Virus record (IMG/VR): IMGVR_UViG_3300045988_069551
From: a virus
Strand: one strand, 5' to 3'
Length of the DNA: 41,966 nucleotides
The translations under genes and the position numbers were made by a program. The notes below the pieces were generated by a model. It was given only the letters and a program-made list of their open reading frames with translations. It was not told the origin of the DNA and searched no databases. Positions within the stretch are counted from its first letter, which is position 1. Each line of letters opens with the position of its first letter. Below are positions 14,957-22,984 of the stretch, in pieces.

Positions 14957-16870
14957 TTAATCGAATGGAAGTTTTATCTGTTCCTCTTCCACCGAAGTAA
15001 ACCCATCCTCGTCTGCATCCGGCTCCATGCTTATTTTTAAATAACTTGCCTTGATTCCATGTACTTTGGTCTGATGGACGAATTTGCCTTGCGTATTTTT
15101 TACAAGCCGGTTCTTTTCTGCCCATTTCTTGCTGATTGCCGCATAATCAAAGCCGCTTTTCTCCAAAAATTCGCATAGCACATCTTTATTTACTACAGCT
15201 ACCGGTGGTATCTCTGGCTTTTCATCATTGGTATCAATTCTTCCCCAAACTTCTCCTTTATTGACCGCATCTGTTTCGGTTGGGTTTTGGAAACGTACTG
15301 GATTTTTTGCTATCCAGTTGAGAACCATCTGATAAGACCGCTCTGCTGCGTCTACTTCGTTTGCGCTCCTGAGATACTCTTTCACATCAGCTATAGTTAA
15401 TGGGGTTTCGTCCGTAAAAATCAATTCCGTAAGTATCCTGTCTGCCATAAGTATGCAGGACATTGCCATTGCTTGTTTCTCTGTTGTGTCGAGTTTGCAC
15501 ATGGCATCAAAATAATGCTTGTATTCTTCCTTCAATTTTCTAGTCTCGGTGCCACGCAGATAATCCACTAGCATTTTTCCTGCAAAACCGTGGTTTTCTG
15601 CCAATACTGATACGCTGTAATTTCCGTCTTCAAGCAGCTTGGATTCAACCTCTATTTCTATCACCCTGTTTTTTGACCCCGCCCTGCTGTTCGCTTTCGT
15701 GATAGGTTCTTCACCTGTAAACAAAAAGCTATTGCACCATGTCATCGTTTCTTTTACGCCCCCAGATGCTTTACCCTGCCCCCGCATAATACCTTCAGTC
15801 AGCCTGTATATCAGTTTGTCATAGTTGGTTGTCCATCTATCTTTTACAGTCTGTAATTCGTCACCAGCGAAAGGTATGGATCGCAGGAACGCTGCGGACT
15901 CCATATAAAAATACTGCGTATTGTCCATCGTTTTTACCAGTCCGCCCATTTTAGGATTCCCCCATATAGACATGGCTGCCATTACTGCCACGGTTTTACA
16001 GGTGCCTGATTCACCACTCCAGATATGGAATACAAACGGAAGGGCATTTACCAGACTAAGCAATGGACTTGCCGCGCTTGCCGCAAATGCCATCCTTACG
16101 ATTTTGTTTTTCCTGAGCGCAGAGCAATGGTCTTTCCACGCATCAAAACTGCCTTCCTGTTTTATGTTTTTGAATACAGCATTGAATTTTTCGTCTCCGT
16201 CATACACGATGTCATCTGCATAAGGCATGAATTCGTTTCCCGCCCAGCCTAATCGATTGATAGACTTCTTGGGCTCTAACTTCGCTGGATTGTATCCTAC
16301 GCAGTCACTGATATACCGGACAAGTGCTTTTGAGTTCTCAGATGTGACCTCTATCCCTATCTTGCTAAGCACCTTGACAATGGCGTTATTGTCAGCGCAG
16401 ATATCTCTGCCGACTGTTACCTGGCACCATTCTCCATACTTAAAATAAGCAAGCCGCACTCTCTCTTCACTGTTATCTACATTCTTAAGGATCTCCACTG
16501 GCAGAATTGGGTGGGTGCAGGCGCTCATGGTTACAGGCATCCCTTTATTGTCATACTTCATCATCGTGACACCTGAATCGTTTGCCCGCCACTGCCCACA
16601 TTCCAGTTCGAGTGGCTGACCCGTGAAAGCGGTTTTGTTGCCTGTCTCTTTCATTTTTTCCGCGTAGTCCATGAAGAATGACTTAAGGACAGAATTGAAC
16701 TCGCTCACGCGTTTCAATGCGCGTGCCTGGCGTTTCAGTGCTTCTATATATTGTGTGCGTTCTAGATTGTCTTCTATATCGAAAATATGATAGAAGATCT
16801 CATCAGGGAACTGTTCCGCAGGGCTAAGCGAAGTCATCCCATCCAGCAATTCTTCTTTCGATTTCTCCAA
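14957..16870 (-). CDS. Replication initiator / helicase-like NTPase (DUF927 or D5-type SF3-like)
   Basis: 637 aa. P-loop-like SGESGTCKT and Walker-B-like FAGDELQ. Directly downstream of a primase zinc-finger gene and next to the iterons. The start codon is TTG. Confidence 0.65.
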   Translation of the reverse strand: MEKSKEELLDGMTSLSPAEQFPDEIFYHIFDIEDNLERTQYIEALKRQARALKRVSEFNSVLKSFFMDYAEKMKETGNKTAFTGQPLELECGQWRANDSGVTMMKYDNKGMPVTMSACTHPILPVEILKNVDNSEERVRLAYFKYGEWCQVTVGRDICADNNAIVKVLSKIGIEVTSENSKALVRYISDCVGYNPAKLEPKKSINRLGWAGNEFMPYADDIVYDGDEKFNAVFKNIKQEGSFDAWKDHCSALRKNKIVRMAFAASAASPLLSLVNALPFVFHIWSGESGTCKTVAVMAAMSIWGNPKMGGLVKTMDNTQYFYMESAAFLRSIPFAGDELQTVKDRWTTNYDKLIYRLTEGIMRGQGKASGGVKETMTWCNSFLFTGEEPITKANSRAGSKNRVIEIEVESKLLEDGNYSVSVLAENHGFAGKMLVDYLRGTETRKLKEEYKHYFDAMCKLDTTEKQAMAMSCILMADRILTELIFTDETPLTIADVKEYLRSANEVDAAERSYQMVLNWIAKNPVRFQNPTETDAVNKGEVWGRIDTNDEKPEIPPVAVVNKDVLCEFLEKSGFDYAAISKKWAEKNRLVKNTQGKFVHQTKVHGIKASYLKISMEPDADEDGFTSVEEEQIKLPFD

Positions 16871-17417
16871 GCTTTCTCACCGCCTTTCTGTCTGCATAGT
16901 ATTCTTCCGGGCATTCCTTAAGGCATTCAAGCCAGTATTCCACAATTGACAGCTCTTGCATTGCCTCATCAAAATGTGGACTGGAATACTGCTGTGCTGC
17001 GTTGCATAACAGTTTCCAATATTCCCATAGTATACTATGGGCCTCTTCCTGGAATTTCCGCAGTTTCCGGTATCTATTCTGCCTGTCCTGCCTTTCCCTC
17101 TTCTCCCTATATGTAAGCTCTTCTGTCTTTATCGGAAGTGAAAAGTCTTCGATCAGTTTAAGGCACGCCTCACGGTTTCTAAGCCCGAACAGGAGCCCAA
17201 CAAACTTGACCACATCACCGCCCACGCCGCACGACCAGCAGTAGAAACCTTTCCCATCAGGATAAATTTTCATGCTCGGGTGCGTGTCTTTGTGGAACGG
17301 GCATAAGCATACTCTCCCACGCTGTACCTTATACCCGTAAAATTCTGCCACACGTTCCATGCTGAGAAGGCGTTTCACCTCATCGTAATCCTCTTTACAT
17401 AAACGGCAGCTCTTCAT
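16824..17417 (-). CDS. DNA primase-type CHC2 zinc-finger protein
   Basis: CLCPFHKDTHPSMKIYPDGKGFYCWSCGVGGDVVKFV is the DnaG-type CHC2 zinc finger. Confidence 0.8.
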   Translation of the reverse strand: MKSCRLCKEDYDEVKRLLSMERVAEFYGYKVQRGRVCLCPFHKDTHPSMKIYPDGKGFYCWSCGVGGDVVKFVGLLFGLRNREACLKLIEDFSLPIKTEELTYREKRERQDRQNRYRKLRKFQEEAHSILWEYWKLLCNAAQQYSSPHFDEAMQELSIVEYWLECLKECPEEYYADRKAVRKLGEIERRIAGWDDFA

Positions 17418-18009
17418 CTATTCCATCCGGGACTTGCATAAACCCGTCACTGTCAGCTGGGCCGTATGACGTAGATGCCTGCGGTTGCGGCTTATCAGCA
17501 CTCTCCTCAAGTAGTTTGTCCTCGGGTACTGTCGCATCTTTTAACCCGTCAATGCTGCGAATCTGGAAGATTTTTGTTGCAAATGCCTTTCTTCCGTCAT
17601 CGGTCGAAAACTGCTCCCTTCCCATAACTGCACCAAACTTTTTGCCAACAAGTGTTTTCTCATTTCCTTCTTTTCCCCACGGGAACTGATAGCCCTGGTT
17701 AGATTTCTCTATACTGGTCATAAGCCCTTTAAAAAATGGAAGGCTTGTTCCATCCATAATCTGCTTATGTACGCCTTTCCATTTAGCTTTGTCCCCGTTC
17801 ATTCTTTTTGATGCATCGAACTGCGCCTGATAAAAGCCTTTGTGCTCCCCCTCGGCTACATCAAACAATATCGCTATCTGTGGGCGACCATTCGATGTCT
17901 GTGTTTCACTCACCTGCTTAATTGCACATATGTACAGTCCGGCCGGGAGCTGCATAGATTCCCCTGTGTAAGCCGCTGCTTCATCATATCCTGTTGGTTT
18001 TGTTATCAT
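17395..18009 (-). CDS. DUF669-like protein with SSB-type acidic tail (ssDNA-binding candidate)
   Basis: 204 aa. The C-terminus ...GIDEELPFM resembles the DDDIPF tail of SSBs. Lies downstream of a P-loop ATPase, as in Sak4/DUF669 modules. Confidence 0.6.
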   Translation of the reverse strand: MITKPTGYDEAAAYTGESMQLPAGLYICAIKQVSETQTSNGRPQIAILFDVAEGEHKGFYQAQFDASKRMNGDKAKWKGVHKQIMDGTSLPFFKGLMTSIEKSNQGYQFPWGKEGNEKTLVGKKFGAVMGREQFSTDDGRKAFATKIFQIRSIDGLKDATVPEDKLLEESADKPQPQASTSYGPADSDGFMQVPDGIDEELPFM

Positions 18010-18011
18010 AG

Positions 18012-18671
18012 TTAGTTCTCCTCCTGTTTCTCTGCATTTTTCGGGTTCTCAATCCCATAATACTCCCTGATTTTATTGTCGACATATAGAATGTCGTTTG
18101 GTATTTCTATGTCTTCAAACATCCCTTCCGGTGACTTGCTGATTGCACTGCCGTCAGACTGTGTGATGAATTTATGTTCAGTCATATTGTTAACGCACCT
18201 GAGTACGATCGTAAACATACCTTCCAGGCATATTTTTTCATCAAGCAGTTTTCCTATTGTCTTTGCCTTTACATTTCCGTAATCATCCGTATCCTCATGC
18301 ATCATAATGTATACGATTTTGTCAGGGGACAGTTCATTTACAATAAACTGAATCATATTCCAAAAATTATCTCCAAGTGTGTTGTACAGACCAAATACAT
18401 CGTTTCCCTTCCCCTTTGTGCTGTGATTTTTCATGAAATAGTTGGTAATGAGATACCCTGCATCATCGGCAATTACTGATTTTGCAGGAGCGGACTTAAG
18501 GGCTTTATGTACGGTGTTGTAATCATCTGTTATCCACCCATTTATTTTCCCTCGGAATGGGAGAGGCTTGTTCAGGACTCTTATAAGGTTAAAGTCTTTT
18601 CCCACGCAGTTCTTCATGCTTGCGCTCTTCCCGCTCCCGGATTTTCCAATGATCAGAACTGGTATTGCCAT
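18012..18671 (-). CDS. P-loop ATPase (Sak4 / AAA_24-like recombination ATPase candidate)
   Basis: N-terminal Walker A IIGKSGSGKS and Walker-B-like YIMMHED. SD AAGGAGG. Confidence 0.65.
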   Translation of the reverse strand: MAIPVLIIGKSGSGKSASMKNCVGKDFNLIRVLNKPLPFRGKINGWITDDYNTVHKALKSAPAKSVIADDAGYLITNYFMKNHSTKGKGNDVFGLYNTLGDNFWNMIQFIVNELSPDKIVYIMMHEDTDDYGNVKAKTIGKLLDEKICLEGMFTIVLRCVNNMTEHKFITQSDGSAISKSPEGMFEDIEIPNDILYVDNKIREYYGIENPKNAEKQEEN

Positions 18672-19262
18672 CTAAACGACCTCCTTCTCGAATGAATGCG
18701 TTGCCAATACGTCCATGACATCCAATCCATTGCCACTTATATCTGTCTTGCAGATCGACAGGGCCGAATGTTCATTTTTCCAAATCAAGACTGACCCATT
18801 ACGGCTTGTTGAGCATGGCCCAGCCGGCCTGCTCTCCCCACCCAGTTCCCTCATGTCCAGAATGTCATACAGATATGTACTGACAGCAATAATCTCCTGC
18901 GTCCCAATATTTTGCAAAAATCTGAAATTCTTCCAGCTTTCATCGTATACAATTGGCGTAACCAAGAACGGAACTTTTGCATCCATGAACATACTTGGAA
19001 GATCCAGGTATTTGTTCTCTGCTATCTCATACTGTACCGGATTGTCTTTTTTGGCCTTAAAGACATAACCTGCCTTCGGCAGTTCGCCGGCATATTCCAT
19101 CACAGTAGCCTTCACCCAGTTCGGTACATACCCTTCTTCCGTCCATGTCGTCCATGTTCCTCCGCATATTACCAGTCCGCCGTAAACACGCCCAACTGTC
19201 AGGCCGCCGCCTTTAAAAGCGTCTTTAACCCATTTCTTAAACTGCGTCTTATTCAAAAACAT
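18672..19262 (-). CDS. Hypothetical protein
   Basis: 196 aa. SD CAGGAGGAAAT before the ATG. Confidence 0.7.
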   Translation of the reverse strand: MFLNKTQFKKWVKDAFKGGGLTVGRVYGGLVICGGTWTTWTEEGYVPNWVKATVMEYAGELPKAGYVFKAKKDNPVQYEIAENKYLDLPSMFMDAKVPFLVTPIVYDESWKNFRFLQNIGTQEIIAVSTYLYDILDMRELGGESRPAGPCSTSRNGSVLIWKNEHSALSICKTDISGNGLDVMDVLATHSFEKEVV

Positions 19263-19263
19263 T

Positions 19264-19464
19264 TTATTTCCTCCTGTATTCGTTTTTACTCTTTTTAATC
19301 GCCTCAGATACCAGCTCTATCACGATCTCACACTCATGATATGTAGGATTATAGAGGTTCCTGCCTCCCACCAGTCGGTCAGTTATGTCAGCAGCTGTCT
19401 TCATGATCTGGTTCATTCTGTATGGGGGGATCCCTTGCGTTTTCTTTTCATCCATAATCATCAC
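19264..19464 (-). CDS. Hypothetical protein
   Basis: 66-aa ORF. The ATG at 19455 has the best SD spacing. Confidence 0.55.
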   Translation of the reverse strand: MMIMDEKKTQGIPPYRMNQIMKTAADITDRLVGGRNLYNPTYHECEIVIELVSEAIKKSKNEYRRK

Positions 19465-19958
19465 CTAATCTTAAGGTGTTTGCCGTACGGCTCTAGGTGT
19501 GCCCATTCAACTTCTTTTTCTTGCAGAAGCTCGCGCACTGCATCCATATTGACTTTTGGGTCTTGTGGGATTAGATACTTTCCTGGGATTTCGTCCAGAT
19601 TATCTGTAATGGAAAATGGTTGTCGCCCACCGTTATTTGCCACGCTGAAGCTGAATAACGCAGTCTTAAATCTCGTCTTTCCGATAAATTCCAGATTTGC
19701 CTGCAGGGCATCTTTCAGACGTTGTTTTCGGTTTTCTATTGCCTTGCGCCTTTCCCGCAACCTGTCTTCCTCTTTCGACAAGGTTTCAATATCTGCCTCC
19801 ATATTCTTGATCAGCTTCGCGTAGTTGTCAGCTTTCTGCTCGATCTCGCCATCAATTGATTCCAGTGTATCCAGGATAATCTGCTCATCTGTTTCTCCGT
19901 CATAGAGCATCCCTTCTACTTCCTTCCATTGGTCCGTAAGCTCATATATACTACTCAT
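19461..19958 (-). CDS. Siphovirus Gp157-like protein
   Basis: MSSIYELTDQWKEVEGML...DTLESIDGEIEQKADNYAKLIKNMEADIETL...RKQRLKDAL matches the coiled-coil Gp157 family pattern. SD AAGGAGG. Confidence 0.7.
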   Translation of the reverse strand: MSSIYELTDQWKEVEGMLYDGETDEQIILDTLESIDGEIEQKADNYAKLIKNMEADIETLSKEEDRLRERRKAIENRKQRLKDALQANLEFIGKTRFKTALFSFSVANNGGRQPFSITDNLDEIPGKYLIPQDPKVNMDAVRELLQEKEVEWAHLEPYGKHLKIR

Positions 19959-20109
19959 GTTCTTCCTCCTTAAATTCAGTCATTCTATAATTTTCAGCCT
20001 TCCGCCGCCTCAAATCCTTATTGATCTCTTCCAGATCCTGGCGGACCAGCCTCTCCTGATCCGCCCACTCCATATAATTGCCGTTGTCCCAGTCTGGCTC
20101 CTTCCACAC
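19951..20109 (-). CDS. Hypothetical 52-aa protein (VWKEPDWDNGNYMEWADQERL...)
   Basis: GTG at 20109 overlaps the upstream TAG (TAGTG) and is preceded by AAGGAGG. The 90-aa ORF-track version adds an Arg-rich N-terminus that is the alternate frame of the upstream gene. Confidence 0.5.
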   Translation of the reverse strand: MWKEPDWDNGNYMEWADQERLVRQDLEEINKDLRRRKAENYRMTEFKEEEHE

Positions 20110-20273
20110 TATTTGTCCTCCTTCTTGACGTACAGATCGTAGCCTTTGCATCCTGACAGCCGCAGCTCCATTCCTTCCGCTATGCTGCCGGCAGTAGCCA
20201 TGTCTTCCGCTTCGATCTCGCACTCGAAATCCCCGCCGCCGGTAAAATAATAAGTAAGTTCAAATTTTCTCAT
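20109..20273 (-). CDS. Hypothetical 54-aa protein (MRKFELTYYFTGGGDFECEIEAED...)
   Basis: Hand translation. GGAGG lies 9 nt upstream of the ATG at 20273. Below the ORF-track cutoff. Confidence 0.55.
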   Translation of the reverse strand: MRKFELTYYFTGGGDFECEIEAEDMATAGSIAEGMELRLSGCKGYDLYVKKEDK

Positions 20274-20286
20274 CTGCATTTTCCTC

Positions 20287-20421
20287 CTATCCGAATTGAG
20301 CTATTCTTTTTCCGCCAACCGCAAGGTATCCTGCCCAGTCTCGTGTAAAGATGCAGAGTTTGCTGCTATGTGTGCCTATATATAACGCGCCATTGTTTTT
20401 ACTGTAACGAATGATTTTCAT
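20287..20421 (-). CDS. Hypothetical 44-aa protein (MKIIRYSKNNGALYIG...)
   Basis: ATG at 20421 is preceded by AAAGGA. The ORF-track start at 20550 has a weak SD. Confidence 0.4.
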   Translation of the reverse strand: MKIIRYSKNNGALYIGTHSSKLCIFTRDWAGYLAVGGKRIAQFG

Positions 20422-20510
20422 TTGACGTATCCTTTCTTTTGGTTTACAATAAAGTTGATTATTTATCGGAGTGCTTACGCCTTGCCGGGCTTTTATGTAA
20501 GCGCTCTTTT

Positions 20511-20597
20511 TTATGCCATGGCTATGTACCCTAATACCATGGCTCCCCATACTACTACCAGTCCCGCCAGCACTCTCACCAGCTGCCGGTCCGTCAT
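20511..20597 (-). CDS. Possible 28-aa single-pass membrane peptide (MTDRQLVRVLAGLVVVWGAMVLGYIAMA)
   Basis: Hand translation. Starts 8 nt after the upstream HTH gene stop. One clear hydrophobic helix, but no obvious SD. Confidence 0.3.
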   Translation of the reverse strand: MTDRQLVRVLAGLVVVWGAMVLGYIAMA

Positions 20598-20604
20598 TGG
20601 GCGG

Positions 20605-20865
20605 TCACGCGGTCTGTGTCTCATGGCTTTGTTCACCCCCTTCCTCTGTCTGCACGATATCCTCTACCCGGATCCCCAATGCCTTGCAAACTTTCCCGAG
20701 TTTCCAGGGCTTCATCAGCCGCCCCCGCCGCATCAGACATATTACACCATAATTGACCCCTGATGCCACGGACAGCTCTTGCAGATCCATGCCTGCATTG
20801 CCGATCGCTATAAGCATCTTCTGCGGATCGGCCCGGAGCATGGACTCGTCTCTTGGTTTTGGCAT
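20605..20865 (-). CDS. XRE/Cro-C1-type HTH DNA-binding protein
   Basis: DLQELSVASGVNYGVICLMRRGR...LGKVCKALGIRVEDIV fits an HTH_3-type fold. 86 aa. Confidence 0.7.
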   Translation of the reverse strand: MPKPRDESMLRADPQKMLIAIGNAGMDLQELSVASGVNYGVICLMRRGRLMKPWKLGKVCKALGIRVEDIVQTEEGGEQSHETQTA

Positions 20866-20913
20866 GTTTTACACCCCCTATTCTTGATATATTTTAAGCA
20901 GCAATGGATGTTT

Positions 20914-21114
20914 CTACTGTTTAAAAGAAAAAGATAACGGTTGACGACCTTCCTTAAGAGCTGCGGCATTAATCTGTTGTAGCTCTTTTTCTGAAATTTC
21001 GCCTTCTAAATGGCTTTGAAGTTCTCCTGGATTGTCGAACATTCTTCCCAAATGAATAATCAGCCTAGAAGTCAATAAAGTATCCGTTTGTATTAATAAA
21101 TCAATCCTCCTCAT
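20914..21114 (-). CDS. Small early protein, paralog 1 (MRRIDLLIQTDTLL...)
   Basis: ATG at 21114 follows GAAGGAGGTGG. Both the protein and its 5' leader resemble those of 21454-21651. Confidence 0.6.
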   Translation of the reverse strand: MRRIDLLIQTDTLLTSRLIIHLGRMFDNPGELQSHLEGEISEKELQQINAAALKEGRQPLSFSFKQ

Positions 21115-21174
21115 TTTTTCCACCTCCTTCTCTCTAACCAAAGTCCGTTTTATCGGACACTATCTCTATTTTTA

Positions 21175-21203
21175 TTGATTTACCATAATCCCCCATCTAT
21201 AAT
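21175..21203 (+). promoter_or_regulatory. Near-consensus sigma-70 promoter for the 21254 gene
   Basis: TTGATT (21175-21180), 17-nt spacer, TATAAT (21198-21203). AAAGGAG SD lies 9 nt before the ATG at 21254. Confidence 0.65.
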
Positions 21204-21253
21204 GTACTCACAGGCGCTGGCATGCCGAGTACAGAAGAAAGGAGAAAATTGTT

Positions 21254-21484
21254 ATGCGTAGGTATAATTCGCCATTTAACGGAAACCGTTATGTCCTCAA
21301 TAAGGCAACTGGGGAAATACATGACCTTGATTACGAAACATCCCGATGCCAGATTGATAAAATTAATTCTGACAATGTAATAAATTGTACTAGTTATGAA
21401 GATGCAGCTTTGAGAGCAGCATTTTTATCCATCAATGGCGCCAATGGATGTTATTACTGTAATCCTTCCAAAGACAATGGATAA
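21254..21484 (+). CDS. Small protein with Ada-type metal-binding-like motif
   Basis: 76 aa. The ...GEIHDLDYETSRCQIDKI...SYEDAALRAAF...GANGCYYCNP pattern (H...C...GC..C.P) resembles Ada_Zn_binding-type domains. Oriented against the early operon. Confidence 0.6.
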   Translation: MRRYNSPFNGNRYVLNKATGEIHDLDYETSRCQIDKINSDNVINCTSYEDAALRAAFLSINGANGCYYCNPSKDNG

Positions 21485-21651
21485 CCGCCTTGGGCTATGG
21501 ACTTTAGCGTTTGTAGCCCTTCTTCTGGATAATCCTCATTTAAAAGAATTTCTATCTCCTTCGCTGATTTCTTGTCTTTTAAAATATCAAAAACCAACTC
21601 AGAAAATTTTTTTACATCCGTAATGGATACCAGAACTTCAAACTTTGTCAT
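21454..21651 (-). CDS. Small acidic early protein, paralog 2 (MTKFEVLVSITDVKKF...)
   Basis: 65 aa. SD GAAGGAGGTGG. Its 3' end overlaps the convergent 21254-21484 gene by 31 nt. Confidence 0.6.
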   Translation of the reverse strand: MTKFEVLVSITDVKKFSELVFDILKDKKSAKEIEILLNEDYPEEGLQTLKSIAQGGYPLSLEGLQ

Positions 21652-21722
21652 CTCATACCACCTCCTTCTCTACTCTCCCAATCAAAGTCCTTTTATGAGA
21701 CACATCATGTGTTACACTGTAC

Positions 21723-21911
21723 TTACTCCAAGAAGTACTCAATTGATACGCCGAAGTATTCTGCAAGGATTTTGAGCTTGTCTGCACCTAGTGTTTTTAT
21801 TCTTCCGTTTTTCCACTCGGAGAATATGGATTGTGCAATACCTGTGTCTTTTGATATTTGGTACGTTGTTTTGTTAGTTTTTGCTAATAATTCAGCAAAT
21901 TTTTCGTACAA
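21723..21911 (-). CDS. Cro-like XRE-family HTH repressor
   Basis: 62 aa, MYEKFAELLAKTNKTTYQISKDTGIAQSIFSEWKNG. Divergent from the cI-like gene across an operator-bearing intergenic region. First gene of the leftward block. Confidence 0.8.
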   Translation of the reverse strand: MYEKFAELLAKTNKTTYQISKDTGIAQSIFSEWKNGRIKTLGADKLKILAEYFGVSIEYFLE

Positions 21912-21947
21912 TTTTACACCTTCTTTCCAATATGATTTTGTTGATTA

Positions 21948-22115
21948 TACTTCGTAATTATGATATGCTTTATTTGTCGAACGAAGTATATCAAATTTAA
22001 AAAGCATTTTATTTACGAAGCGTATTGTATTTTATTTCGTACTTCCGAAGCACATTTGTAGTATACCAGTTGTGCATCCGAATGTCAACAATAATTCATA
22101 CGTTTTTACGAAGTA
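21948..22115. promoter_or_regulatory. Genetic-switch region with repeated operator half-sites
   Basis: TACTTCGTAA at 21948-21957 and its exact inverse TTACGAAGTA at 22106-22115. Related copies: ACGAAGTA at 21981, TTACGAAG at 22013, TTTCGTACTTCCGAAG at 22035-22050. Confidence 0.6.
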
Positions 22116-22143
22116 GTGCTTTTTTGTGAAAGGTGGACAAAAA

Positions 22144-22521
22144 ATGTATGAAGTATTTGAGCAACTTTTACAAAGTTATGGAATAACAGCCTATAAATTT
22201 TGTAAAGATACAGGTATATCACAATCAACGATAAGCACATGGAAGGCAAAAAAAAATATTATAAGCGGTGAGTTAGCAAAAAGAATAGCTGATTATTTTA
22301 ATGTATCTGTTGACTATTTAATGACGGGAGAGGAAAAAGAAGGTGGTGAGGTATATTATCTCAATGAAGAAACCAGAAAAGTTGCACAAGACATTTTTGA
22401 AAACAAAGAACTAAGGATGCTATTTGATGCTGCGCGTGATGCTGAACCAGAAGATTTGGAAGCAGTGCACACAATGTTAATGGCATTAAAAAGAAAGGAA
22501 CGAGGTCATATTGACGATTGA
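22144..22521 (+). CDS. CI-like XRE-family HTH repressor (no peptidase domain)
   Basis: MYEVFEQLLQSYGITAYKFCKDTGISQSTISTWKAKKN. ATG at 22144 is preceded by AAAGGTGGA; the ORF-track GTG is at 22126. 125 aa, HTH plus a helical tail only. Confidence 0.8.
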   Translation: MYEVFEQLLQSYGITAYKFCKDTGISQSTISTWKAKKNIISGELAKRIADYFNVSVDYLMTGEEKEGGEVYYLNEETRKVAQDIFENKELRMLFDAARDAEPEDLEAVHTMLMALKRKERGHIDD

Positions 22522-22753
22522 TTATCAAATTAAACTAATCTCTTTTCCTGCCGGGAAAGTTCGTGAAGCTGTTGTATCAAACGAGGATGGGACGTACACT
22601 ATTTTCATCGATGAATCATTGTCGCAAGAACAACAATATGAACGCTTTTTACATGCTTATGAACATCTGACTGGAAACGATTTTGAAAAGGATAATGCAG
22701 ATGAAATCGAATACGATTCTCATGCTATTTTTAAAAATATTTGTGTTTTATAA
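22511..22753 (+). CDS. Hypothetical protein, mini ImmA/IrrE-like segment
   Basis: 80 aa, TTG start overlapping the cI end. YTIFIDESLSQEQQYERFLHAYEHL resembles the ...IYINSSLS.E.Q....AHELGH... core of ImmA, but with HAYEH instead of HExxH. Confidence 0.5.
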   Translation: MTIDYQIKLISFPAGKVREAVVSNEDGTYTIFIDESLSQEQQYERFLHAYEHLTGNDFEKDNADEIEYDSHAIFKNICVL

Positions 22754-22769
22754 GAGAAAGGAAGAAAAA

Positions 22770-22961
22770 ATGAAATCAATAGATATAGATATGAAGAAGG
22801 TTAAAGAATTTTTAGACGCTGCTATCAATTCGACAAGGGATAGTGATTACTCGGAATTTGAATGTCCATTATGCGGTGAGACGGCAAAAGCCATAAAAGC
22901 GAGTATAAATGGACATGTGCATGCTGCATGCGAAGGATGCGGAATGAGCTTTATGCAATAA
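22770..22961 (+). CDS. Zinc-ribbon mini-protein
   Basis: ATG at 22770 is preceded by AGAAAGGAAG. 63 aa with CPLCG...(21 residues between the two CxxC pairs)...CEGCG. Confidence 0.6.
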   Translation: MKSIDIDMKKVKEFLDAAINSTRDSDYSEFECPLCGETAKAIKASINGHVHAACEGCGMSFMQ

Positions 22962-22984
22962 TATATAAATACGAGGGACATGAT

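Noticed and set aside
19951-20223. The 90-aa ORF-track version of the gene upstream of Gp157
   Set aside because: Its N-terminal 38 codons (MRDRSGRHGYCRQHSGRNGAAAV...) are the out-of-frame reading of a better-supported 54-codon gene (20109-20273, with its own GGAGG). A GTG at 20109 with AAGGAGG upstream gives a cleaner 52-aa gene.
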